A DNA stretch of 64,000 nt from Heterodontus francisci (lineage: Eukaryota): contig NC_090374.1 in assembly GCF_036365525.1 (NCBI RefSeq), positions 195,925,037 through 195,989,036 on the forward strand, read 5' to 3'. Position 1 is the stretch's first letter; every line of letters starts with the position of its first letter. The notes beneath the pieces were generated by a model. The model was not told the DNA's origin, made no database searches, and was given only the letters and a program-made list of their open reading frames with translations. Positions 25,388-36,441 of this stretch are shown piece after piece. The translations under genes were made by a program, and so were the position numbers.

Positions 25388-25886
25388 ATATATGTACTTC
25401 TTGCCTACCTGTGTGCCATGCTCCTTGGCTGTCAGCACCCAATGCATTATCAAAAATTATCACTAGAATCACCCTCCTGTATATCATACCCACGATAGCC
25501 AATCTATTTTAACAAGTAGATCTGTTATTATATAACCAAGACAATGTCAAAAGAACTACAAATGAGGACTGTCAGTTCACTCATTTTCATACAATACAAA
25601 GAACGCTGAATGGATAGACATGAATTACAGACAGAATTCCATTTTCAGGTATTCTATTGCAATTCAAGTGTGCGTGCTTTGCCTATGATTTATGAAATCA
25701 ATTGTATTGCTTGATTGAATTATTGCTGTATAATGAACTTACATATCCACTATCTTTTGTTCTTGACAATTACATTACCAGTGGAATTAAATAACAGATT
25801 TCCACAAATGTAATATCAAAGTAACAAGTGACTCATCAAGGGGTTTTATTGGATTTTCTTGGGCAACATATGAATTGTAAAAATAC

Positions 25887-27224
25887 TGTTACACTCACGT
25901 GAAGTGCAGCAACTGAAAATACAAGAACCCGAACTGAAGCATTATAAAAATTGACTTTCCTTTAAAAAGCAAGCAATGTGCTGGAAAAATGGTCACCAAA
26001 GGTTAAAAGACTTGACCCTACCCTGCATATTCAAACTGTCTTGCTGTCTGATAAGAACAAAAGGATATTTTCCAAACTAAGAGCTGTCAATTACACTCAT
26101 CCTGAACCCATCAAGAGGCATTTTTGAATTGAACTGGTTCTTCTGAACAAGGAAGGTGTGAAGTAGCCACATCCTGGGCCATTGTTGGTCCCTGCAGGGA
26201 AGGAGACCTGCATCTCCCAACAGAGGCACCATCTTACCCTTAAAAGTAGCTCTCTACAGACAGAGGGAGAAAACCAGGACAAACATCACAAAATGTTGCC
26301 TGGTACGGAGGGCGCTAGCTATGAAGAGAGGTTGAGTAGATTAGGATTATTTTCATCAGAAAGACGGAGGTTGAGGGGGGACCTGATTGAGGTATAGACA
26401 GGGTGGATAGCAAGAAGCTTTTTCCCCCAGAGTGGGGGATTCAATTACTAGGGGTCACGAGTTCAAAGTGAGAGGGGAAAAGTTTAGGGGGGATATGCGT
26501 GGAAAGTTCTTTACGCAGAGAGTGGTGGGTGCCTGGAACGCGTTGCCAGCGGAAGTGGTAGACGCGGGCACGATAGCGTCTTTTAAGATGTATCTAGACA
26601 GATACATGAATGGGCAGGAAGCAAAGAGATACAGACCCTTAGAAAATAGGCGACATGTTTAGATACAGGATCTGGATCGGCGCAGGCTTGGAGGGCCGAA
26701 GGGCCTGTTCCTGTGCAGTAATTTTCTTTGTTCTTTGTTCTTAAAAAATTGTCCAACTGAGAGCTGGGAGAAATCCACCTGCAAAAGCCAAAGAAGGTGC
26801 CCTGCTGCAAATTCTACACTTCAATCTATAGACAGGAAGATTCAGCTACCAGACAAATCTACAGAACCCAGGCCTGCAACTTAAAAAGAGAAATTGATTT
26901 CCAAGAAGATTCAACAAGTTTACCATGAACCCCGAAAACCTACCTTACTTCAAATCAATTACCTCTTTTCTTCTGCGTGTGTTTGTGTGCGTATGTGCGC
27001 CAGTGAATGCGTGTAAGGGGTGGTTGCAACCATTTCAGGAATGAATATTTCTCAATAAATAGTTAATCTTCTGTTTTAAACCTACAAGAAAACCAGTCAC
27101 TGTCTGTTTATTTGACAAATAAAACATAAATGGGTTAAGAACCTGAGTAACAAAGAACATGTTACGGTCAGATGGGAGTTGAACAGTGGGGACCACCCCA
27201 CATCCCTTACCATTTGGCCAAACA
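25887..27224 (+). mobile_element. Solo LTR (Gypsy-like) containing a CR1 3' end
   Basis: TGTTA...AAACA termini with perfect 4-bp TSD ATAC; 3' part similar to 23950-24104 and 50330-50478. Confidence 0.75.
26292..26742 (+). mobile_element. CR1 3' end (HER1-like) with (TTCTTTG)n tail
   Basis: MLPGTEGASYEERLSRLGLFSSERRRLRGDLIEV, TRGHEFKVRG, FFTQRVVGAWNALP; CpG-rich, so probably young. Confidence 0.9.
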
Positions 27225-28534
27225 ATACTGACAATTTTAAGCTGGAAATAGGAGACTGACTGACAACCCATGTGAGACTCAGCAGACTTATGAAGCATTC
27301 CGTCTTTAAATATTAGCCACACTATATACTGGCTAAATTATGGAAAGAGCTTTTAATTTTCACACCGAGTGAAAAATTGGAGGGAGCAGATCGACTACAA
27401 GGTAAACGCTCCACGTTCAATGAACTTGATGAAAAAAATGGGCTATGTGCAACATGCCTTATAGATTTTTTGGAATGTGTGGGTCATTTATTTAAGCGCA
27501 AGTCCCCTTTAAATTATTTTCTGTGGCCGCACATGCAATAACTTAAATGGTCAACTTGTGCGCAGCCTGCATGGGTCTTTTGGGTTACTGTATAGTTGTG
27601 CAGCTCCCAGGGAACATTGGCCTTATGTATATCGGGCAGTCCATCTGCTACTGCCAGTTTTCTATATTGTGGAAAAATCTATCGCACAGTCACTGTATGA
27701 AACGGAAACAAATAAGATGTGGCACCTGAATTGTATTAAAATGATTTTTTTTTTGAAATCAGCAACAAATAGGCAGATAATAATTTCAAGAGGCAGATTC
27801 TGGAATACAAAACCTAAGCATTGACCGATACATTACAATTGGTATGGATGAGCTTTGCTACAATATTTAATAATCTTTGAGTGTTGAAAACACGCTTTGT
27901 TCCTTCTAAAGTTCAATCTTACTTGGAGTAAAACTACAATGAAGAAATTCAAGTTAATTATGAGATTAAGAAAAACAAATTTTTATTCATTTGATTAAGT
28001 TTCCTTCTTTTAAAACTGCTGGCATTTAGGATTGTAAGAGAGATTATGGGCAGAATTTGAACTGCCAAGGGGACGCACGTTCAGGTGTGGGCATGGAGTT
28101 AAAGCTCCAAAATGTGGCATCACGTCAGAAACCCAACAGATCCCGCCCACTTCCGGGTTTAACCAGGTGGATTTGCAAGCAAGTGGGAAGCCTCCAAGGA
28201 GCTGTCAGGTAAGTAATTAAAATATTCAAAGTAGTAATTAACTGAGGATTTAACCCACCATTCTGACTCGAACAACCAGTGCACAGGTTTCCTGAGCTGT
28301 GTGAAACTCTTGAGGCGAGAGTACAGCGGGAACTCACTGAACAATGAAACTGACAAGCCTTTAAACAGTGAAATTGCAAAGCTCATGGCCAGCCTCAATG
28401 AAAGGCTTGTACTTGCAGGGTTTGTTCCACAAGCCTGATTTCACTGTTTTTCCAACTTTTTGGAAGTACTTTCACCTACCTTGGAGTTTACTCACCTTCA
28501 TCTGAATTTCCAAGTTGCCACCCTTCACAGCAGC

Positions 28535-29500
28535 ATGGGAGCAACTTTTAGAGCAGTAGCATGAACCTCTGATGAGGAGTAACAGGACCAGTCACCCCAA
28601 CAGCAGCAGCTCCAGGAGCCACACCAACAGCTACAGCACCAGGAGCCATTCCAATAAATGCAGCAACATTAGGCGCAGGAGCAGCTGCCTTCTCCGCAGC
28701 CTCATGTCCCTGAACAGGACAGAGGGGACAGACACAGAGCTCCAGTTCAAAGGAGCCGTTACCCCGAGCAGAGAGCATACAGAGGGTGAGCATTCTGAAC
28801 ATGGCAGAACAACAGGACCTCAGGAGGCTCAGGCTTTTGCAGCAGGTCGATGCTGACATCTGCAGCCTCCTGCAACAAGACCTCATTCCAAGATGGCCAG
28901 GTGAGCATCAAAACCACCACAGCCCTGAATTTCTTTGCTTCCAGCCTCTTCTGGTGACATGTTGGTGACAAGGCCAGGATCTCTCAATTTACTGCCCATA
29001 ACTGCCGGTCTCAGGTCACTATTGCCTTGTTTTCCAAGTCTGCCTCTTATGTCACCTTTGCCATGGATGAGGACAGTCAAACAAAGAGGGTTGTTGCTTT
29101 TGCTGTAATGGCTGAATTCCCACAGGTGAAGAAAGTCATCAAGTGCACACATGGGGCAATTAAGGCACCCTCAAATTTCCCTATTGTCTTCATCAATCGC
29201 AATGGATTCCACTTCCTCAATATTCAGGTAGTTTGTGACCACTGGAAGGTGATCATGCATGTCTGCGCTGGACAGTTGTCATCACTCATTCATTCTGTGG
29301 CATCTCCCACAGGTTTTCGCTCCTCCACACAACCTCAGTAGCTTGTGCCTTGGAGACAACAGCGAGCCTCTGAAAACCTGGCTGATGGCTCCTGTAAGCA
29401 GCCTTACCGGTGAATATGAGGAGAAATACAACAGGAGTCACATGACCACAAGGCTGATAATACAAGATGTTGGAATAAGCAGTCTGATAATTTGACAACA
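28535..29500 (+). pseudogene. Harbinger DDE transposase (HARBI1-like, DDE_Tnp_4), frameshifted
   Basis: LNMAEQQDLRRLRL, TALNFFASS, FPQVKKVIKCTHGAIKAP, FINRNGFHFLNIQVVCD, SCHHSFIL, LGDNSEPLKTWLMAP, EKYNRSH appear in the expected order. Confidence 0.9.
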
Positions 29501-30175
29501 GTGGAGACATTAAGAGAAGTGGTGATGAACTAGAGCTGGATGTCGTCAGTATTGTCACGGTCTTTTTTTTTCCTCCTCGGAAATACTGTGTGTGTCTTTA
29601 AGACTGTAAAAGATCAGTGCACCTTTAAGGCAGAGAAGGTGCTGGAGACTCAGTCTGCAAGTTGCATTCGGTTGCCAAGCAATAGCAGCAGGAGAGAGAG
29701 GTCACATGATTCAATGTTGCAGTTTTGACTGTTTAAACTAGCTGGCAGAGACTGGTGTTGAGCAGACTGTTCTGTGAGGCGATTAGAACTGAAGGAAGAA
29801 GCTATCTTATTTCTCTCTCAAAATATTACAAAGCAACAAGCCAAATTAATTCCATAAGAAAATAAGAATAGCTTTTCTTTCCCATCAAATTATTGGTATT
29901 TGCTGTGATCGCTGAAGGGGCAGTTTAATGTTTAACTGCTGAAATCCTATCTTTGAAGGACTTTTTTCCCCCATCGGACCCCTGTGAAGACTTCAAGTGA
30001 CCTCTGACTGGTTCTACATTGGAAGACTCCATTCAGCAGGAACGTTACCTGCAAAGACTTTATTTTTATTTTATTCTCAATGGCAAGCTATTTTAAAAGC
30101 GACCCATTGTTAATTTTTGTGGTATGTATGCGTGTGTGGGAGTTAGATTTTTAAATAAGTTAAAAGGTCTTTAGA

Positions 30176-30315
30176 ACTGTTCCGATGAAGGGTCACTGAC
30201 CCGAAACGTTAACTCTGCTTCTCTTTCCACAGATGCTGCCAGACCTGCTGAGTGGTTCCAGCATTTCTTGTTTTTATTTCAGATTTCCAGCATCCGCAGT
30301 ATTTTGTTTTTATAT
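30176..30315 (+). mobile_element. 140-bp Penelope-derived insertion carrying a hammerhead motif
   Basis: 12-bp TSD AAGGTCTTTAGA (30164-30175 / 30316-30327); sequence matches the 3' end of the Penelope at 32476-33109. Confidence 0.85.
30179..30213 (+). ncRNA. Minimal type-I hammerhead ribozyme motif (Penelope type)
   Basis: GTT-CCGATGA-A-GGGTC-ACT-GACCC-GAA-ACGT-T-AAC: stem I GTT/AAC, core C(C)GAUGA, 5-bp stem II, GAA, palindromic ACGU stem III. Confidence 0.7.
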
Positions 30316-30579
30316 AAGGTCTTTAGACATAGGTTTATCTTAACAGTGTTTAAGGTTTAGTTGTTTTTTCAATAAATAGTTAATTTGTTGTCTAAAGATG
30401 TCTGGTTTGATCTGCTTCATTCTGGGGACACTACAGTGCTTAACTTGGCTGTTTTTTTCTGATTTGGAAAGCTTACATAAATATGCTGCAACCTGTGGAG
30501 TGATGGGGACTGAATTAATAGTGCGTTGCTCCCATAACAGTATACATGTGAAAACCAATGCTTTGCTTTCAGTTTATGT

Positions 30580-31000
30580 CACCATAGAGATGAGAAATTG
30601 GGGTGGTGGGGGGGGGGGGGTGCAGTGCCAAGGATAGATCCTTCGAGACACCAGAGATAATGGCGCAAGAGCAGGAAGCAAAGCCATTGGAAGTAAAACT
30701 CTGGATACGATTAAATAGATAAGAATGGAACCACCCCCTCCCAGCTGTGTGGTCTACCATGTCAAAGGCTAAAGATTGGTCAAGAAGGATGAGGGGGGAA
30801 AGTTTATCTTCGTCACGGTCACATAGGATGTCACTTGTGCCTTTGATAAGAATTGTTTTGGGCGGAAACCTGAATGAAGGGATTCAAACAAGGAGATCCT
30901 GGAATGACGGGCATGGATTTAGGAGGCGACAACACGTTCAAGGACTTGAGACGAAAGGGAGGTTAGAGATAGGATGATAGTTTTCACAGACAGTGGGGTC
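30580..31000 (-). mobile_element. L2 LINE RT fragment
   Basis: Minus strand VDHT..WFHSYLFNRIQ..SGVSKDLSL; reverse complement of the region seen at 10430-10690. Confidence 0.7.
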
Positions 31001-31289
31001 AAGGGGCCAACAATCCAACGCCAATTCAAACCCTATAATCCTCATAGAACCTGATCATACCATTCGCCTGAAGGCTACTGTCCAAGGTGAATGGGGGTTA
31101 GAACAAAGTATAAGCCAGGTTTAAATAAAGTTTCATTCTTTGAAATCAACATTAACATAACACCATAAACATTGCTATGTACACCCAAGTGAATTTCCTT
31201 TTCCAACTAATAAGTCTTTCTCATCCGCTTCCTATTAGTCCTAGGTAGTGCAACTTCTGTGGCTTCAGCAGAGTTGGCGGCAGGGTGCA

Positions 31290-32335
31290 AGTTCCCCTGT
31301 TCTGACAGATAGAATGCCTATGGTAGATGTCCTCTGGATTTTGGGGCCCCTCCAATGGCTGCCCCTACTTGCACATGGCTGCAGGTCCAACCCCTGTTCT
31401 CTGCCTCTCCTTGGAGTTGTGCACTCCCTTCTCCTGTAATAAGAGAAAACTGAGATTCTCAGTGTGAGAAGTGCAAGGTATGTTGAAAATGAAATGAGAA
31501 TATTGGTGGAGGTTGACTGTGAGGGATGGATGTGAAATGGCAATGGGATGAGGGGGAGTGTGAGTGTTGGCTGTTCAAATGGGGATTTGAGGAGCTGCCT
31601 GGAGAGAAAGAAATACGTAGAACTGCAAGGTGTGTCAGTGCACGAGAATACTAGGCAAGTCAGAAAGTGATGGATGCCACCTGAAAGTAGCATGCCACTC
31701 ACCTTTCCTCACCTAACAAGGTTATTAAACCATTTTTGACACTGTATCCAGTTTCTGGGCAGTACATTTGTGATGCTGACAGCCTCCACAAGCACGAGAC
31801 GGAGCTTTCAGTTGCTTGCCATTTCAATTTACAACCCTGTTCCCATGCCAACATTTCTGTCCTTGGCCTGCTGCAGTGTTCCAGTGAACCTCAAAGCAAG
31901 CTCAAGGAGCAGCACCTCATCTTCCGATTAGGCACTCTACAGCCTTCTGGACTCACCATTGATTCAACTATTTCAGAGTATGACTGCCTTCTTAAAAATA
32001 TTTTATTTTATTTTTTAGCCATGTGCCTGACTTAAAACTTGTTTTTCAGGTTTTTGGTTTTGGACAGAGCTGAACAGAAACCTTTGCTAGTTCTGATGAA
32101 AGGTCACAGACAGTTCTGTTTCTCTCTACAGATGCTGCCAGAGCTGCAGAGTATTTCCAGCACTTTCTATTTTTATTCCAGCCATTCCTCTTTAGTTTGT
32201 GTGCTGGGCTTCTTCCTCCCATTCAAGGGAAAAAGCACATCCCTTCTGGCCCTCACTCACCTCCAGCATAACTCCCAAGGAAGAGTCAGAGAACTGGGGC
32301 GCAGCCTTCCCATTTATTACTTGCACATCCTTGCC
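31290..32335 (-). pseudogene. Harbinger ORF2 Myb/SANT-like DNA-binding protein, at least 2 exons, split by a Penelope insertion
   Basis: KAAPQFSDSSLGVML / VRARRDVLFPLNGRKKPSTQTKEEWL (32310-32180), EAVS..RNWIQCQKWFNNLVR*GK (31786-31703), GT-AG intron 31702-31434 in phase 0, then EKGVHNSKERQRTGVGP. Confidence 0.8.
31787..32177 (+). mobile_element. Penelope-like 3' fragment (GIY-YIG C-terminus and internally deleted 3' repeat)
   Basis: SVACHFN..CSHANISVLGLLQC..KLKEQHLIFRLGTLQPSGL; half hammerhead GTTCTGATGAAAGGTCA at about 32090. Confidence 0.85.
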
Positions 32336-32475
32336 TCCACTAAACCTTCACAAGCAAGGTTTTCTGCAGCCATTCTGATCCCTGCTGGGGTCCCATTAAA
32401 TAAAGAGATATTCACTGAGCTGTCATCACACCTGTGCTCTGTGATTGGTCGGGAAACGCAGAAGAGGGATGCTAA

Positions 32476-33109
32476 TAAAAACAGAAAGTGCTTGAAAAAC
32501 TCAGCAGGTCTGGCAGCATCTGTGGAGAGAGAAGCAGAGTTAATGTTTCAGGCCAGTGACCCTTCTTCAGAACTGGCAGATATAAGAAATGTAAAAGATT
32601 TTAAGCAAGTAAAGTGGGGGTGGGGCAAGAGATAACAAAAGAGAAGGTATTGATCGGACAAGGTAACAGAGAATAACTGACCAGAAGGTCATGGAGCAAA
32701 GACAAACAATATGTTAATGGTGAGCTGAAAGACAAAGCACTGGTACAGATAGGGTGTTAATGGACTGAAAACTGAACAGCCACAAACACAAACATGAAAA
32801 TAAACAGTGGGTAGGCACAGTAGAAACCAATTGAACAAACTAAAATAAACACAAAAAATAAAAGAAAAAAGGAAAAATAACTAAAGATAAAAGTAAAATG
32901 GGGGGCCCCCGTCATGCTCTGAAATGATTGAATTCAATGTTCAGTCCGGCAGGCTGTAGTGTGCCGAATTGGTAAATGAGACGCTGTTGCTCGAGCTTGC
33001 GTTGATGTTCACTGGAACACTGCAGCAATCCCAGGACAGAGATGTGAGCATGGGAGCAGGGGTGGGGTGGGAGGCGGGGGGCGGGGGGCGGCTGGTGGGG
33101 TGTTGAAAT
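32476..33109 (-). mobile_element. Penelope-like 3' fragment with hammerhead motif
   Basis: 12-bp TSD GAGGGATGCTAA (32464-32475 / 33110-33121); RKLEQQRLIYQFGTLQPAGLNIEF. Confidence 0.9.
32538..32574 (-). ncRNA. Minimal hammerhead ribozyme motif
   Basis: Minus strand AGTT-CTGAAGA-A-GGGTC-ACT-GGCCT-GAA-ACAT-T-AACT; canonical CUGANGA core, stem III CpG decayed. Confidence 0.7.
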
Positions 33110-33242
33110 GAGGGATGCTAAAGATGTGGCTGAATTAAAGAACAGTGGCAATGCCTGCTGAGAACACAAACGGGTTCCTGACCTGCTACCAGCCTCCCGG
33201 CTGCATGCGGGTCTGTCAAAATAAAATTCTGCCCCATGTTAT

Positions 33243-33350
33243 AGAGTCATGAAGAGATACAGCACTGAAACAGGCCCTTCGGCCCACCGAGTCTGTGCCG
33301 ACCAACAACCAGCCATTTATACTAATCCTACACTAATCCCATATTCCCTA
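33243..33350 (-). mobile_element. V-SINE 3' fragment
   Basis: Nearly identical to 24185-24282. Confidence 0.85.
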
Positions 33351-34260
33351 TGGTGGTCATGACAAATTATAAATATCTTTATAAGCGAGATTAACCGGAT
33401 AATTCACGAATGACTGACAAGGTGAATAGCTATCATTTTATCATATCATGGATGGGCAAGCTATATTATATTTATAATATTTAAGAGGTTTTAACTGAAA
33501 ATAAAAAGAAATTTGAAGGAAGATATCTGTTGCAAAAATCACATTTTTGTTTCTGTATCATCGATAGCATAGAAAAGTAACTTCCATCATTATTTCCCTG
33601 CACAAATGTTATGTGTAGATGAATTCTTGATTTTAGTTCCAAAAGGTTTTTTTACATTGTAAGCAAAGACTGGTCTGACTGAGCTGAATTGTGACCCATA
33701 GAACACATCACATTCATTGATAAAGAGTTTATTTACTGCCACAAACATGAATGTTTGCTTCAGTGCACTTATATGGAAACCGTTAAAGGCAGAAAAGTGC
33801 TAAAGAGCAGTGATATGGTCATAAGTTGGATTTTCCAAGTTTTTATTTCACTTTAAGCTTGTATAGTTTAAGATACAGTAGCACGAAATCCAGTTCAACT
33901 GAGTCCTGCGAGACAGAGTGCTTAGCCCGGGAATTTTGTGAATAAGGGAATTCGTTGCAGTGAGGGAGGAGGTGCTGTTCGGGTCTTTTACAGAACAAGG
34001 AGCGATCCAAGAGAGGGAGCGGGACACAACAACACCTGAGAGCTGCAATGCAGAGGCATTAATTAGGTGAGTAGGTAGGTGATTGGTTGGTGAGTTTTAA
34101 GGGTTTTTTTTCTCCCTGAACTGGGGCAGTAGTTTAAACCGGTATTGGGCGACATAAGCAGTGTGTTAAATTTCAAGCTTAAACAGTTAAACTACTTAAT
34201 ATCACCAGAAACATCATTCAGTGATAATTTGTAAACTTGAAAGCTGACAAGTTAAATTAA

Positions 34261-35095
34261 GGCTGCGTTTGCTGACAATGCAACCACTAGGTGCCGCTGT
34301 ACTAGCACATGCACAAATGCAGTCTGTTCCACTGAAACGTCACTATCTGCGACGTTCAGGCAGCTGCCAGGATTAAAGATAGTGCTGCTCAATGTATCAT
34401 AGAAAACCAACTTCAACCCATGGCAGCACACAAGGGACCTGTTTGATCCACGCTGTTTAAAATCTCATCAGAAGGGCAGCACCTCTGACAGTGCTGCACA
34501 CTGTCCGTAACTCTGAGGTTTCAGGAGCATCTCGCTCTCCAGTTGCTTGTTCCCCGCACCCTCGCGCACCCCCCCCCCCCACCCTGCTCTCTGGCCACTC
34601 ACTCCCCTTGTCCCCCCACCCCTCCAGATGCTAGCTTTGGGCCATGGCCCATCCTGCTTCCCTCCTCAGCCACTCGCTCATACATCGCCTAGTCAACCCT
34701 CGCGGCCCGCTTCCCTTCTTCAGGTGGAGCGAGTGCCCAAGGGGAGGGAATTGGCGCGGCCCACGGCCCTGAGCTAGCGTCCGGAGGGATGGGGGGGGTG
34801 GGGGGGTGGGGGAAGCAAGCGCCCGGAGATCGGGGGGGGAGGGGTGGGGGAGCGAGTGGCCAGAGGGCGGCAAGAGCGCAGTCAGAGTGTTTGTGGGGGG
34901 GGAGGGGGGTGCGACTGTAGTGAGTAGCCAAAGGATGTGGGGAGGGGAGGGTTTTTCTGCGCATGCAACAGTCCTGGAACGACGTGGGCTGTGCATGCGC
35001 AGTATCACAGAGTGCAGAAAAACTTTTGTGCATGTGCGCAGCTTGGAGCGCTCTGATGACGCTAGCAGGCCACTGCTTTGTCAGGAGTCATTTTA
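34261..35095. mobile_element. Unclassified non-autonomous DNA element with 9-bp TSD (Mutator/MULE-like), copy 1
   Basis: TSD TTAAATTAA (34252-34260 / 35096-35104); both ends homologous to 42740-43783. Confidence 0.7.
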
Positions 35096-35107
35096 TTAAA
35101 TTAAATA

Positions 35108-36441
35108 CCAGAATCTCAGAATTGTTACTGTCAGAAGGAGGCCATGCAGCCCTTCATATCCACACCGGATCTCCGAAAAAGAAATTCTCTAAATCCATTC
35201 CCCTGCCTTCTCCCCATAACCCTGCATATTCTTCCTTTTCATATAACTGTCTAATTCCCTTTTGAATGCTTCAATTGAACCTGACTCCACCACGCTCTCA
35301 GGCAACACATTCCAGACCTTAACCGCTCGCTGCGTGAAAAAAGTTTTTCCTCATGTCACTTTTGCTTCTCTTACCAAATACTTTAAATCTGTGCCCTCTC
35401 ATTCTCAATCCTTTCAAGAGTGGGAACAGTTTCTCTCTACCTCCTCTGTCCAGACCCCTCATGATTTTGAATATCTCTATCAAATCACCTCTCAGCCTTC
35501 TCTTCTCCAAGGAAAACAGACCTAACTGCTCCAATCTATCCTCATAATAAAATTCCTCATCCCTGGAACCATTCTCGTGAATTCCTTCTGTACTCTCGTC
35601 TTTCCTAAAGTGCAGTGCCCAGAATTGGACACAATACTCCAGTTGAGGCCAAACCAGTGTCTTCTGCAAGTTCAACATAACTTCCTTGCTCTATGCCCCT
35701 ATTAATAGAGCCCAGGATACTGTTTGCTTTATTAACCGCTCTCTCAACCTGTCCTGCAACCTTCAGTGATTATGCACATATGCACCTAGCTCCCTCTGCT
35801 CCCCCTTTATTCTATATTGTCTCTCCATGTTCTTCCTACCAAAATGAATCGCTTCACATTTCTCTGTATTGAACTTCATCTGCCACCTGTCTGCCCATTC
35901 CACAAACTTGTCTATGTCCTTTTGAAGTTCTACACTATCCTCCTCACAGTTCACAATGCTTCCAAGTTTCGTATCATCTGCAAACTTTGAAATTGTGCCC
36001 TGTACACCAAGGTCTAGGTCATTAATATATATCAGGAAAAGCAAGGGTCCCAACACTGATTCCTGGGGAACTTCACTACAAACCTTCCTCCAGCCTGAAA
36101 AACATCCATTAACCACTACTCTTTGTTTCCTGTCACTCAGCCAATTTCATATCATGTTACTACCGTCCCTTGTATTCCATGAGCTACAGGTTTGCTCACA
36201 AGTCTGTTGTGTGGCACTGTATTAAACACCTTTTGAAAGTCCATGTAGACCACATCAGCAGCATTGCCCTCATCAACCATCTTTGTTGCCTCCTCAAAAA
36301 ACTCCAGCACATTAGTTAAACATGATTTTCCCTGAAAAAATCCATGCTGGCTTTCCTTAATTAAATTGCATTTGTCCACATGACTACTGATTTTGCCCCG
36401 AATTATTTTTTCTGGAAGTTTTCCCACCATCGAGGTTAAAT
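35108..36441 (-). mobile_element. CR1 RT and 3'UTR, same subfamily as 19262-22850
   Basis: ORFs 35319-35678, 35763-36116 (KFADDTKLG) and 36152-36430; close match to 19262-20640. Confidence 0.95.

Larger units (their letters stand above)
29553..30539 (+). mobile_element. Solo LTR inside the Harbinger
   Basis: TGTCA...TAACA termini with perfect 4-bp TSD GTAT; AATAAA at about 30371. Confidence 0.8.
28048..33234 (+). mobile_element. Fossil autonomous PIF/Harbinger DNA transposon with nested insertions
   Basis: TIR GGGCAGAATTTGA (28048-28060) / TAAAATTCTGCCC (33222-33234), 12 of 13 match; flanks TAT/CAT; encloses convergent transposase and Myb-like genes. Confidence 0.8.

Noticed and set aside
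27410-27620. hAT-type MITE ending GGGAACATTGG
   Set aside because: Only one end is recognisable; no matching TIR or 8-bp TSD found
32039-32635. 198-aa + strand ORF, the longest in the track
   Set aside because: Chimera of Penelope tail, antisense Myb exon and antisense Penelope tail
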